Notes under the pieces: model-generated
The model's database searches: none
Told to the model about the DNA's origin: nothing
Seen by the model: the letters and a program-made list of their open reading frames with translations, nothing else
DNA from: Laetmonice hystrix
Taxonomy: Eukaryota
Assembly: GCA_965235115.1 (NCBI GenBank)
Contig: OZ249447.1
Span: 22,010,001-22,074,000, forward strand
Direction: 5' to 3'
DNA length: 64,000 nucleotides
Translations under genes and position numbers: made by a program
Part shown: positions 51,023-64,000 of the stretch, piece after piece
Layout of the letters: each line of letters begins with the position of its first letter
Numbering within the stretch: position 1 is the first letter of the stretch

Positions 51023-52859
51023 GGGGAATAAAATAACAATCAGGCCATCTAAAACGGTTGTTTCAGAGCGACACATAGAGAATATTGGTAGTAGACCATA
51101 CTTTAAAAAAGGCGAGGAATATGAATTGTCAAGGAACCATGAGTGTAATATCGAGGTAGTTTCAGTGAAACGTTATGAGTATAGTTATAACTGTCCCATC
51201 AGTGTTTCCGAGATGGTAGACAGCATGTCAGGACAATATGTCAGTTTCATGACAGCTTGTCGTAACCCAACTGTTATAAAGTGGGGTGAAGTAGACCTGT
51301 TACATCGCCTGTTTATACTCAAGTGTATACCCGAGTATAAACAGCTGACATAGCGGCGGCGCTTATCACCCCTCTGACCTAATATCTTTATCATTGTGTG
51401 TAATGCTAAGCCAGGATTATCCTAGCTTTACATATACAACCAGTCGGGGATCCCAACGATAAACATCAAATCTGTTGCTGCCAAACACAGCTTCTGATCG
51501 AGAGCAGGTCTGTCATGGCTGCTGTAGACACGTACAGTACTGACTAACTTTGACAGTTGGGCTAGTTTTTCTAGCGGATCATCAAAGATGCAGACTGGTG
51601 TTTTCGTTCCACAATTTTTGACTTACTTGACAGGTATTTATGGCTGAGCCGTTTATGTGTTATTTGAAATGAACCTCTGTCAAAGATGACAGTTATGATA
51701 ATGACAAGTAGTGGGTACATGTAGCAATCACACCGGCTGCCACCCGTCCCGGCTCACGGTGTTTATCAAAGCACCCCGTCAACGCTTTGTCTGTGGCTGT
51801 CTGAAGAGGTAAGTAAAAAGTACGAAAACGAACTGTATTTGACAGTCTACAGTCCGTACAGTGACGGCTTTAGTCACGCGCACCTGTTAAACAAAAAAGT
51901 AAATAAATAAAGAAATTATCATAATAAAAATAATTGAAAAGCAGAAAGAAAATGGCGAAAGGCATGGAACACTACAAACTTTATTCTATGGTGGTGCGTA
52001 TGGTGTATACTACTTGAGAGGCATCTGTTGACATGGACTGAGTGCACATCTAAGCCCAGTCTGACATCCGTCTTCATTCATTACTTTGTCGTGAACAATA
52101 GGTAGATTTATCATTGTTTTGAAGTTGTAGCAACATGAATCAGTATACATTGAACCCCGAAAATGTATGCTCAAATAATATAATAGCAGTACAAACCAGA
52201 CAGTGGGTAACATAACGGGTCAGTTTGTCGTCGGCTGATGTGATTCGTCGGTGCTGAGATGGTGCCGACAAACAATTCGGTCCGGGAGGCCGGTCCGACT
52301 GGCTGGAGTGGCGGGACCTCAGAACGTGGCACTCTACCCCCCCCCCCCCCCCCACCCCCCCGGCCTGGCCAATATACCAATATACCCCGACAAGAAGCTG
52401 AAAGATACCGCCTATTATCTGATTGTGTTTTCTTGGGGTGGTGCCCATGACACACGTTAGTGTTTGTATGGTCGGTATGGGCAGTGTGTACCCTGGCCAG
52501 GTGAACAACCTCGTTACTCACACCTGTCAGGATCTCCCGGGAGGGTCCACTTCAAACAGGATCACCGCTTTGTCTGGCACGCTACAGGGGTCATCTAGGT
52601 ACCGGATAAGGCTGAAGGTCAGATCGGGGGTCATGACCTTGGCCTCAACTGGAGGAGTGGTAACCATAGCAGGGGTAGTGTGAAGAAATGAGCGGACACT
52701 TCAAGGGGTAAGGTGTAAGTTATCAAGGTGTAGGGTTGGAGGTTGGGGGGGGGGCGAACAGGTCCTCATTGTCATGGAAACATGATTGTGTGGTGGTGAC
52801 TTTGAACGTCATACTCGGGGGGCAGGAGGAATCGCGTGAACAGACTGTAAGACTTGAAT

Positions 52860-53300
52860 TCGAGTCTGAAAAGCCTTTGAACAGGATCTAAAACATACTT
52901 TTTTAGTCTCCAAAAATTCTCCGAATTACTACCTTGAGATCCTTTGAAGGTGATAGTTCCTTTGGTGGTAAAAGAAGTTATCACTCTTTTTTTAGAACTA
53001 AAAAAAATTATTGTAGGAATATTGATAACGTCCGGGCAATTAAAAGGACATGTTTAGCTCTGGCTGTATACACGAGTGAAACAAACAGATTTATATGTTC
53101 AGCTATATGTGAAGGTGGATTTATTTATAGGTATAAAAATGGTACCTTAGAACATTACCCGGTCATAACGGTAGCTCAGATTGACCTAGTTGTTTCCGGC
53201 AACCATGACCTTTGAAGGCTAATAACCCACACCCTTGGTTGTCCTTGGATCCAAAGATTGAATTTCTCATATCGTATTTAAATATATCATCCTCATCCAA
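52860..53300 (-). mobile_element. Decayed non-LTR retrotransposon (L1/Tx1-like) RT C-terminal remnant
   Basis: Stop-interrupted frame VPFLYL*I...LVYTARAKHVLLIARTLSIFLQ...LLLPPKELSPSKDLKVVIRRIFGD*K resembles the post-RT L1/Tx1 motif (YLG...LS..GR.LLI..L.S...LPK....IR.F.W). Confidence 0.35.
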
Positions 53301-55518
53301 ATATGACCTTAATTTGTCATTGGACTGTTTGCTGTTAGCCCAGCAGGAATGAAGGGTAGGTTTCAAATGGTTTTGGAATAATTTGCTTTTTCGGAGACAG
53401 AAAATCAATGCAGACATGAGTCAAAGCAATGTTTGCAATGAGATGTGACCCAGATTACTTTATATTTGTAAATGTTGATTTCAAAGTACTTTGGAGGCGA
53501 AAGTAAACATGAATTTTCATATGTGAGAAGGCTGGGTATGGTGGGATTTATCTTTTCCGATTGGTTTATTTAATATGTGTGCTATAGTTGGAGGCCAAGG
53601 CTGACACCGCAGGAGTATTAGCCAGGACGCTCCAGTGTGGCTGTGCAATATGGCCAAGTAGGCATTCCACGAGTCAAGGTGGGGCCAGTAGGTATGTGTA
53701 GTGTTAGCCCCCCTGCGGTCCGCTTGGGCCACAGAGCAGCCCGCCAGCACATAGCCAGTGTTTATTTACAAAATGGTCAGCGTATTAAAGTCAGCCCATC
53801 TGGGCGGATTGGGAGCAGGTGTGAGCCACACCCCATCGTGTGGGAACGCGGTAGGGGAGCCAGCAGAAGGAGGAGCATGGGGTGAAGGATGGGGAGATGA
53901 CGCCCTCCCCGCTTCCTCCTACAACCTCAGGTGTCATAAGCATGCCGCATGCCTGGCAGCTAGACTGATGCTCATCCTCTGTCGTTGTATAGTAGGAGCC
54001 AAAGGCTATTACATACCTCTACGTGTCCAACTACCACGGCTTAACGGAGACCACGAGTGTAGTTAGATTTATTCTCAGTCTCTGCCATTGGTGCAGTGGA
54101 AGAACATCCTTCGTGAAAGAGGCATTTTTTTATACTTATGTAAAAACAAAATGGGTGCAGCAGTAGGCCTACTGAATTATTGGCAAATTATTTTCAAATT
54201 CCATGTGAGGGTTGATTTTTTAAAATTTTACATTCATCAGAAAGGCGGTATTTTCAGATTGTTTGCGGAGAAGGAACGCCGTATAGGGTTCACATAGTAC
54301 AAAATGTACTGGTAATCCAATAAGCCAAACATTCAAAAGCAAAAATATCAATGGCTGATTTCGTTATAAAGTGTTTTTTTCCTCTCTGAAAGTACAATAA
54401 CACGCCTCTTTCAACCTTTCAGCCTCTTTCTCGCTGACATTAGCTGTTCCTCTTTCTGAGTCGTTTTCCAGTTGGGTAAGCGAGGCAGCAGATAAAATAA
54501 ACCGTTAGCACGGTGGAAGGTCCCGAACCCAGGTGGGCTCGTCATGTGGGCATCATTTCCGCTTGGTCTGTCTGCCTGGCCTGGCCCCATGTGTCGGGCA
54601 GGCCTTACCGGGAGGAACGGCCCCCTCTCCGGTCACAGACGGCATGAGTCCGGGCAGGCTACACGACCCCATCTACCCATCGCCATACCTTCAGTTAGCT
54701 CCCACGACCCACTCACAATCCTAAACAGCTTCCTAAATCAGAAACAATCATTCTCTAGTCATACTCTCAGCTCCCGAAACAGGACTTCATGCCGTTCTTT
54801 AGTTAACATTTCTTTGTATTGCCTTACTCGCGTTTTTTTAATTGGTCTGAGCGATGGCACATCTCCGGCAGTGTACGGGCAGGGCTGATTCGTGAATATC
54901 CATGACCTGGATTCTTGCAGACAGGAAGCGACCCGCAATATTTGGTCCGAGGTGGAAACATCGATCATGTTTCCAGGATGACCATGCCGAGTTACCCCGG
55001 TCTGCCCAGGAAACGAATGCAACCAAAAACATCCGGAAATAGAGGTTATATGCACATGGGAAGCTTTTATATCTAACGCTCAACTGTAGGCCCAAACAGA
55101 AAAAAAGAAAAAATGGAACATGATTTGAAATTCATGATGAAATTTAGGAACATTGTTTAGCCTATATTCCTTGCCTCTCTTGGACAATTAGAAGCGCATA
55201 CAGTTATCGTATTTGACCTGAACAGGACCCCCCTTTCCGCAGTGACACAGGTTAAGTATATTGAAAAAGTGCTTGTGTTACGGGCCTTTATTTTCCTGTT
55301 AACAACACTTAGAATAGACTCCAAGATGAAATGTTATGAAGAAATTGAAGATGGCGAGCCCTGTTACCTGTCAGTATGTGTTCCATTCGTGGCGGTATCC
55401 CTGAGAACCCTTTACGTCAGACACGATCTTCTGACAACAAATCTTGGAAGATGACACCCAGGGCACGTGCTCAGCTGAAGTAAGTACCACCCAGGGTAAT
55501 ATAAAACCAACCAGGCTG

Positions 55519-55798
55519 GTCCACGGCCCAACAACTGGTAGGATGTCCATATCGTCATCACACTATGTGTGTGTCTGTGACCACATTCACACGTCCACGG
55601 CCCAACAACTGGTAGGATGTCCACATCGTCATCACACTCTGTGTGTCTGTCCACATTCACACTTCCAGGTGTGTGTCTGTGTCCACATTCACACTTCCAG
55701 GTGTGTGTCTGTGTCCACATTCACACTTCCAGGTGTGTGTCTGTGTCCACATTTACACTTCCAGGTGTGTGTCTGTGTCCACATTCACACTTCCAGGT
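55519..55798. repeat. Compound repeat: ~2 x 74-bp unit followed by ~5 x 32-bp unit
   Basis: gtccacggcccaacaactggtaggatgtcca... twice, then ccacattcacacttccaggtgtgtgtctgtgt at 55651, 55683, 55715, 55747 and 55779. Confidence 0.92.
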
Positions 55799-58212
55799 CG
55801 GAATAGCACCTTGACCGTACGCCTTGCTTACTTCATTAACTGAGGTGTTAAACTCGGGAGGTGGCAAACACTTGAGAGAGAGTCTCCAGATCAGAGTTGG
55901 TTGTTACTTGACTGTGGTGAGGACTGACAAACATGTACACAGGAGGATGGGATGTACGTATCCACACGTGGCTGCCATATTTGTGGTCACTGTGGCTGTT
56001 GGATAACCTCTCTGTAGACGGAAGGATATCATCCCACCCACCCACCTGACTGTAAATCAGACACGTCAAGGCAAACTCACACTGACAAGCTCTTCAGTCA
56101 ATGTGTTGAGGCCTATACGTTTAATATATATTTTGTCTTGAGATGGTGGTGGACAGTGTAACCCCACTAATATCAAATTGTGATTCGATGAGAGATGATT
56201 CCGACCATTTCTATAACACAGTGGGTTTGGTTACAGGGTGCTGATTTGGAGAAAAAAAATCTGGTCAGGCGGATACAGTGATTGTGAGTTGTGGAATGAG
56301 AGGGTTGAGTCACTATGGTAGTGTCGGGTCCCTTGTGGAGGAGATGTGGAAGATAAGCAGCAGATGAGGAGACAAGTTCTCCTCTCGTATTGTGTGCTGT
56401 GGTTCCACCATCCTGTCCGTAGGGGGCTGACCCCCCTCCCCTCCTACAGGGTGGTCTCCTACAGGGGCTGCCCTCCAGTGTTAGTGTGGGTGTTTGGAGG
56501 TGGTGATGTTGGGGGGGGGGGGATTCCAACCCCCCTCCTGTTCACCTGCATGTGTCACATGTTAGTGTGTGCCATGTGCTCTGAGAGCATGTCAGACATT
56601 CATTTGTCAGCCGGCAGCTGGGGACTCCATGGGACTGCGTGCGCCAGATGGCCTGATAAAATCTCCCAATTGTCAAGTCCAGGAATTGTGCTTAAAAAAA
56701 GAGGCCAAAAATCCTCGCGTTCAGTTTTAGGATCCATGGGTGATTTAGAAAAATGAAGAAAGGGATAAAGTCGTGACACCGGAAACATGATCGGTGTTCA
56801 GGTCCAACCGTTCAAGGAGGTTGAAGGCAGGGGGGCATGAAAAACGTTGCCAAGGCAACGGCTGACCAGGTCAGGTCAATTACCACATCCTAGGTCATGT
56901 GCCCTTGAGGAAATCAGATAAAATATATAAAATGTTGGTCAGTTGTCGGAACGATGTTATCCCATGGTGGGAATAGTGCCGACCTTCCAAGGCCCGACAC
57001 TAAATCAGATCTAGGCGGAGCGCATGTGGGGACTTCAGAATCACTTCGTGCACGCGTGTTATTTTCAATCTGGATTTCATTTGAAATTTCTTTGATATGA
57101 AACTTTTTTTCTCAAATCAAAAGAGGGTAGGATACATCTGATATGGCAATGTAGGGTTTCACCAGGAAACGCAAATATTGAAACTGGGTGATATTTTTCA
57201 ATGATCAAAGTAAGACACTGCAGTTGAAGTCCCTAGTAGGCGTTTCCCCTCCCCCCTCCCCACCTCCAACGAAAAAAAGTGGCCAAATGGTTTTCCTTGT
57301 CATGCATTCTGTCCCTTTATCCGATATCCTGAGTCCAGAGAGACTCGAGTCATTGATATGTAAATGAGGGGTTAGCTGTGATTAATTGTGAGGCTATGGC
57401 CATTACATCATAGATTAGAATTAATTGCTTCCAGCTCTGAATCCCCTAGTGTCCTTTCACAGTGAAGTTCGCCACAGAGCTTCATGGTTGTGGGTTGGGA
57501 TTGAGAACCGGGACACTCCGGGCTGTGCGATCAGGACAGCTCAGGACAAAAGTCGCCTTGTTACAGATGATTCGACCTGAACCATTGAAGAGAAGACCTA
57601 TTGTGGCATGACAAACAAAAGATGGTGCTTGTGAAGTGAGCGCGTGTAAAGTTGAGTGTAACTAGTGCCATTAAGGCTGTCATCGTCAGCCGGTATCAGC
57701 AAGGACATCACCAGGCGCATGTCGTAACACTTACCGGGTCACTATGGCGCACATAGCACAGGTGTTCGCCACAGAACCATTGTTCTTGTGTTTATTGTTT
57801 GTTGGTTTGTTTGTTTTCATAGCGATCCCCAGAGGAGTGGGATCTTGAGCCACAGAGGGAGGCAAATATTGACCTGGTGTTTTCTCAGACGGGGGTCCTC
57901 CCCACGTAATCCTCCTTGTGTTTTGTAATGGTTATTTATGGCATTCTTTTATGTTCATACATTTGATTGCACACGGAACGACCCAAAGCTTGCTGCCTCA
58001 GAGCCGATAACACTTTCCTCTGAGCGTAACAAGATTCAGTCATTAAATCAGGCTTTGATTTAAACTGGTGATCACTTTAATCCACAAAATCTAACCCAGT
58101 TCGACTCAGTGAGACAGGTGTAGATAAGTTTTAGCCGGAAGGGAAATATCCAACCAACCACGTCAAACCTGTGTGTCAATCAGGCTAATGCTTGCTTACA
58201 CGCCAATAGGAC

Positions 58213-59116
58213 GGATTACCCCCGCTAGCCCCCCGCCCGCTAGCCCCCCGTTTAGACAAGGCCGAAGGTGCGAGGAATCTGTGCCGGTAGACCCCCGCTC
58301 GGCTGTTCCATTCTCTGACACTACCCCTTCCCTCTTCACTGAGGCGTGGACAGAGTTGGGTGGGGGTGGGGGTGGGGGTGGTCAGCGGCGGGACTTGGTG
58401 TCAGCCAAATAGGCGACTCGTGTTGTGGGGATAGATGTGAAGCGCGTGTTCTGTTCTGTTATGGTCCAGTTAGGTCAGACTGTGGGAGAGTGCTCACTGA
58501 CGGCACCATTAACAAAGACAATGGCCGGCACGGGCAGAGGGAAATGTTTGGGTATATGCCACAGAACAATGGAGTCTTATATGAAGGCGGTTGGCCATAT
58601 TATGGACAATACTGGTCCTAAGTGAGGCAGTCGTTGAGTGGAACTGTGATTATAAGGGATCCATTATAAGTAACACCATAATAGTTGGCAATCTGTTGAA
58701 CAGTATCTAATTGATAATAAATCTGGCTCTCTCCGCCATGTGATGGACAATGCTGCACCTTACGGTGATGTCAATTGAGAAAAATAAATTCTATACAGAT
58801 TTAGTCTGTAACAGTATTATAGTAACACCCGTAATCAGTCATTTTTTTCATTTATTTGTCGCTTGCCTTTTAGTTATCCATTACCATCCCTGATACCCCC
58901 GCTAGCCCCGCCCCCGCCCCCGATTACCCCCGCTAGCCCCCCGCCCGCTAGCCCCCCGCCCGCTAGCCCCCCGTATACCTGACCGCTGACCGCCTCATAA
59001 GGGGGTATAGTGTCAGAGAGTGGAACAGCCGAGCGGGGGTCTACCGGCACAGATTTCTCACACCTTCGGCCTTGTCTAAACGGGGGGCTAGCGGGCGGGG
59101 GGCTAGCGGGATGATA
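58213..59116. mobile_element. Foldback/MULE-like non-autonomous element with 102-bp inverted arms
   Basis: 58221..58322 is the reverse complement of 59009..59110 with 3 mismatches. CCAATAGGAC is directly repeated at 58203-58212 and 59117-59126. Confidence 0.65.
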
Positions 59117-62100
59117 CCAATAGGACAAGTTATGAGGCAAAAAATACTCCTGAGATTATAGAGAGAAGAGTAAAAAATTCGTTCAGAATGGGAAATGAGC
59201 CACTCTTACAAGCGTAAAAATTCCGAAGTGACAAACGTAACATAAAGCGGTTATATAGTATGACCTTTACATACAAGACAAGAGGTCCTACTTGACACAA
59301 ATGGAAACGTAAATAATATCGCAGTGGGCCGTCAGCCGTTAAAAGCGCATCCGATTTGGTTAACTACCTATTGATCTTGTACGGCGGGTTACCTCACGAG
59401 CTGTTACACGGGATAATGATACGGAGTACACACCTGGCTCCATGCCCTAATGGAGTACACGTCAACAGCCTCCGGGTGTAGGACGGACCATAGCGGTTCA
59501 CATCAACGTACAGGACGTAACATATGGAATTATTGATCGGAAATAGTGGCTTCAATATTCACAATCATAACATTCATCGGTTCGCAACTGTACTCTGAAC
59601 GGAGCTGCATGCCTTTGGGTAAGGTATATCATGCCTTTAGGTATGTTGTGTAAGGCATATCGGAACAGCCGTTCACCAAGCAAAGGATGCCAGATGAGCA
59701 GATAAAAGGGAATACTGTCGCATGGGAAAATGGTCAGGTTGCTGAAGTCAGCAAGGAAATGTTTTAGAGTATATCTCTTCAATTAGGTTACAAATAGTTG
59801 ATTTTCGACGTTCATGAATTGAATTTCAATATCAATAGAACTGAAAAATGAAAAATATATGAACAAATATCAAAGGACCGGGGGTGGGTACATAAGGGGA
59901 GGATTAAGTGACAGTGGACCAATGAGGGTCTGTTGTAGGCATGGTTTATTCGGGTCCGTACCCTACCTTGACTGGCAGGTCTAAAACATTGAGATCCTGC
60001 TGAATTATGCACGGAGCGGAGGATTTATTGGGTCAGTAGAGTGGTGAAGAGGGCGGGCTGTTTGTGGGTGTGTTAGGCGGCCTTCCATCATGACGACAGA
60101 GCCAGGAAGTAAGCGCTTGCCGAGGGCCGCCAACCACATGGTTGGACGGTGACGAGGGCGACCACGTGACCTCGTCAAGTCGGGGACGAATGGCAGCCAA
60201 CCTTAGCGGATTGTTCCTAGGTCACCAGACCGCTGACTGCAGACGATAAAAGTAACGGCCAGAATGAATGGTGTCGCGTGACGTTCTAACGCGTCATACG
60301 TCACAACAGTTACGGCCTCACTGAGCGAAACGTATACACCGGCCAACATGCATATAAAACGTAAACGGTCATAAAAAGGCAGCGGTAACGGTCTTATGGA
60401 AATGAGGGTCGGAGGGTGAGAAGTTGTGCTATTATCCTAGTATTAGGGTCTGGCAGATGGGGGGCCGGTCAGGATTCATGGTTCTCATACATAAACCATA
60501 ACCAGAACCAGCCAGCCAGCAACCTTTATATTGTGGCCCTCCCCCGCCTGCCTTCAGCACGCATGTATCAGACCAAGGGATGAATGCATTGACGCACCAA
60601 TTACCTCAGCCCAAAGAATATCGCAAGTCGTTATATTGGATCCAGTGTGCGATTCCCACCAAGTTACACCGGCGCGACACAGTGAAATTGATAGGAGCAA
60701 TGATCTATTTTTTTTGGGTGCTGCGGTGTAGGGTTTCGGCCGCTGCCATATGAAGAGGCTGTTGACAGGCTCTTGTGATGGATTCTCTGGAGCATCCGAT
60801 GATAACATTTGGAATTGTCGGGTCTTTGGCACAATCGTAGCAATTACCGGCATGATGGATGGTTAGAACTGTCCCACCACACATGGAGCCGACATGTCGT
60901 GCGAGCTGATTCAAACATCAACCCCCCCCCCCCATCCTCCCGCAACCACTGCCGCCTACCCTGCCTCTCCACAGCGTAATGACACCACAGCTAAAAGCAT
61001 GTATCTAATATTTACAGTACTAATAGCAGAATAATGTATTTAATACTTTATGAGCATCCCAGCCCATATTTCCTTTTAATCAGTCTTATGCAACTATTAA
61101 AGAGCTACGTGAGTAGGTGGCGTTATTTTTTTCTTAACTCATGCCAAATGGTTTTAAGAGTTAGCAATTAGGTTTCGGGATGCGCGTGCAATATTGGTTG
61201 TGGGGTTTACAGGTTGCATTCAAGGGGTAGAAGCACATTCCATCGCGGGTTGAAGGGTCAGTCGATTTGTAGTTCGGTGAGGAGTTGACAAACGCTGACA
61301 GTAATGATGTAATCGAGCGGCACGGCGATCAAACCAACACAATATTAACACACTTAACATTATTTTAAATTTACGTCTGGACCCAGGAGAGTCTGTGGGG
61401 GACAATGACAGGTTCTGTGTCGATTACCACTCATGATCTGTGTTTAATGACACTTGGCGGGATTGCATGTCCATTCAAGATAGTGCTCCTGAAATATTAA
61501 CCCGTCTGCATTACACGCTTGCTCCGGATACTCCGCCTCAAATATAAAATTAAATGCTGTCAGTCTTTTACCGTCGGTAAGTTGATCCAGGGTGATGAAC
61601 TCAACAAACACACATCAATCAGATCTCGCTCAATGCCATACCATTTACGGCCCACTCAGCCGCGATTTATGAATAAATATCATATTCCTTCACCCATATT
61701 TGTAGCTCATATTACCAGTGGCTGATAAACTGAGCATATATTTGAACATAGGCCCGAATGCGAGTTTCATGTGATTTAGTTATACTATTTATGTCATTTC
61801 AGCATGTTTTTATATGATTTATTGAAGCCATCTCGGGAATACATTACCGTTAATTGTTGTAGATCATGAAAAATATGATTTATTCCATGCTGTCCTCAAT
61901 AATTCAATATGTTTTGGAGAACTAGCCTGGTCTACTTTTTGTTAGTCATTGTGGATATTACAGCCTATTTATTTATTTTTCATCATATTAGTAGGGTATT
62001 ATTGGTTCGGTATTGAATGAAAAATGTAGGATCCTTGCTTCTGATTGCTTCGAAATGAAACTTTGATCTCTGTTTCATTATTGTCTGTACGTAATAACAC

Positions 62101-62462
62101 ATGGGCGGAGGAGAAATGGCTCGGGGACCTAGTACAGCCTGGTACACAGATCATATGAAAACCACCAAGCTGAATACGAGTGGCAGGTGTCTCAGTATAC
62201 TGGGATGGTCATCTCCTCTCTGTTAAAACTTAGTTAGGTTTTGGCGAACATATTGCCAACGATCGGAAAATGTTTGTGTTGTAGTGAAAAGTCTAAACTA
62301 GTTCAATAGATTGAGAAGCGTTGAGATCTATCTCATGATGCTCAGATATTTTCGTATGATCGACTGGACAAGTGGTTGTCCGATGTCGGACGCAGTGGGG
62401 TTGTGACGTCACAGTGCGAGTCCATCCGGGTAACCAGAGAACAACCGTCACGGTGTGAAAGG

Positions 62463-62543
62463 TGCACGAGGCGAGGGAGAGAGTCAAGGACGGACGCTAT
62501 AAAGTTGCACGAGGCGAGGGAGAGAGTCAAGGACGGACGCTAT
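62463..62543. repeat. 38-bp direct duplication, period 43
   Basis: tgcacgaggcgagggagagagtcaaggacggacgctat at 62463 and 62506. Confidence 0.9.
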
Positions 62544-64000
62544 CAGTTGTGATGGTCTCACAGACGACTCGAGAAGATCGTCAGGCAGTGAAAGGATTCC
62601 GAGTCCTGTTTCAGTGACGACCTCCCCCATTCGTAACTCAACCCTTGTCCATCCACCATCTCTGACAGTCCCACCGTTTAAGACGCCCAGTTAGGCCGCT
62701 TAGCCCAGTATGATCCCCAGATTGATCCCTCTGTCAATACTCTAGATCCTCCTTCATCCTCACTCGGGGGCTGCCCTAGATCCATACCCCGATCTGCTGG
62801 GTCCGACTCGCCCCCCTCCCCGCCTAGCCCCTCCCAGCCCCGCCCTATATCACATAACTCCCGGCCGGCCCATCCTCCCACCCCCAGGATCTGTTCCCGT
62901 CACTCAGACTAACAGCTTCTCTGTAAATGATTCGACAAACATGTACCTATATTAACCAATTAAATGGTTTATTTTGGTTAGAGAAGTTGATCACTTAATA
63001 TGACTTATGAAAGGATAGAACAGGTGGGGGAGCGTGTACAATGTATACTGAATAGTGACAGGTTTATGGGGGCGATTATAGACAACTGTCATTTAATGCC
63101 GGAGGGGTCATAGGCTGGGCAACACTCCTCTTATGCCACAACTGTGAACCCATTCATTTTCAGGGAATGAAGCAATATGAAAAAATATCGAACTTGATAT
63201 AATGGTACCTTCCTCTGATGTTGCCAAACTGCGTTGTCAGTGGAGAGTGCCTTTCATGCGAACATGATATAAACTTCGTACGATTGTTAATCATAATTTC
63301 TGTCTTTGGATGATATAATAACGCAACGCTTTTACCATCCCTGACCGCAGTGAGTACAGAACCAGGGGAACTGAGGGCTTTCTGCTAATACAACAAAGCC
63401 TGGCATATGGTCCCAGGCCCATTAGTGCTCTGGTACGACCATGGGGCTTTGCATTCCACCGACTCGGCTCCACAACATGCTCTGATAAATGGATCAATTT
63501 AGCTCTTCAGGTCCAGGGAAGCACTTCAGAGAAAAATCGTTTAGTTATCTCATTTGTTTCCTGATACTGGTCAGAACGCTTCAACTGGGTTTATTGCTGG
63601 TTGGCTGGTTTTTGTGCTGGTTTCTGTCCCAGCGAGTTCACTCGCTAACAATCACCTAAGATATACCGCAAACATTTAACAGATCGGTTCTCTCTCCCTT
63701 AGTTTCAATCATATTTTCCTTCAAATCATCTTAGAAAATTATTTAGATTATAGGTTCCATGGGTCAAGGTTTAGTCAGAAAAGCTCCGAACATTGTGGAC
63801 CGCAAGGGGGGCATTTAGCTATGGTATTCTTTCTATGAGCTTTAAAATATTATGAGGAATTAACAGAGCGATTCTGGCCACATTTACAGGGACACCAATA
63901 CGGGGCAGTGTCTGTGAGAGCACCTGCCTGCTGTTAGCCACTGTCGTCCAGAGTGACTCGTTGTTTTCAGGGGGATGTCGCCGCCACTGAGTTGGACATA

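Noticed and set aside
51725-51814. Perfect donor AG|GTAAGT at 51809 as an alternative PDZRN exon
   Set aside because: No in-frame ATG or PDZ similarity upstream; about one such 8-mer is expected by chance per 64 kb strand.
54720-55060. Harbinger-like FRELRV*LENDCF*FRKLFRI
   Set aside because: Short and stop-ridden; no TIRs or catalytic region found.

Overview
Eukaryotic genomic DNA from an animal. CTCF-type motifs and the repeat content suggest an invertebrate bilaterian; the species cannot be fixed from sequence alone. Two head-to-head genes are present. (1) On the minus strand, the 5' part of an ankyrin-repeat gene (large exon <1..637, at least 5 repeats) runs off the window. It is absent from the ORF track because it has no stop codon here. 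(2) On the plus strand is a PDZRN3/PDZRN4-family gene. Exon 1 CDS 14292..15008 encodes RING, TRAF/SIAH-type Zn fingers and a coiled coil. Exons 22018..22095 and 44765..44863 encode most of PDZ1. Introns are 7.0 kb, 22.7 kb and >19 kb. The rest is intergenic or intronic DNA with many unrelated minisatellites (units of 29-87 bp), MITEs and decayed transposons. No tRNA, rRNA or CRISPR was found, and I see no clear new multi-gene system. Best leads: (a) the PDZRN RING lacks both its Zn-ligand His and its E2-contact Trp; (b) a divergently oriented cluster of consensus CTCF motifs lies between the two genes; (c) a ~900-bp foldback element has 102-bp arms and a 10-bp flanking direct repeat.
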